Shown here piece by piece: positions 63,861-64,000 of a DNA stretch of 64,000 bases. The notes beneath the pieces are model-generated. The model had not been told where the DNA came from and made no database searches. It worked only from the letters and a program-made list of their open reading frames with translations. Origin of the DNA: Veleropilina oligotropha (Eukaryota); assembly GCA_048128005.1 (NCBI GenBank), contig JBEUKZ010000078.1:1-64000 (forward strand), in the 5' to 3' direction. Position 1 is the first letter of the stretch; the number at the start of each line of letters is the position of its first letter. Position numbers and translations under genes: made by a program.

Positions 63861-64000
63861 GATAGGAAACAATTTTATATCGTATGTCGCTGTTATTTAT
63901 TGTTGATAGTTGTCCTAATAATTGTATTTATTTAATCAAAATTTTGGTAATACGGAACGAAAGTGTCAATATATAGCCTTCGACTAGGATTGATGTGTCC

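Overview
AT-rich, repeat-dense animal DNA. The repeat types suggest a lophotrochozoan invertebrate such as a mollusc, but this is inference. Almost the whole window is one minus-strand gene, CHFR (mitotic checkpoint E3 ligase). I traced 19 GT-AG exons with continuous reading phase from 62238 to the stop at 5104 (1807 nt, about 600 codons). They encode the end of the FHA domain, the C3HC4 RING, the cysteine-rich domain and the C-terminal PBZ finger; the first exons lie beyond the window end. The introns are packed with mobile DNA: a full-length DIRS-type tyrosine-recombinase retrotransposon (45305-52676) with apparently identical ITRs and an ICR but decayed ORFs, a Tc1 (DD34E) element, a maT-type (DD37D) transposase remnant, two Penelope-like remnants, many tRNA-derived SINEs with target-site duplications, MITEs, and many Helentron-associated (HINE/DINE-1-like) elements carrying internal satellites. 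Three of the HINEs are nested one inside another, and a near-perfect 5.7-kb tandem duplication spans 21827-33252. I found no convincing wholly new biological system. The most interesting signals are transposon architecture and an unexplained coding-like stretch at about 18-20.4 kb.
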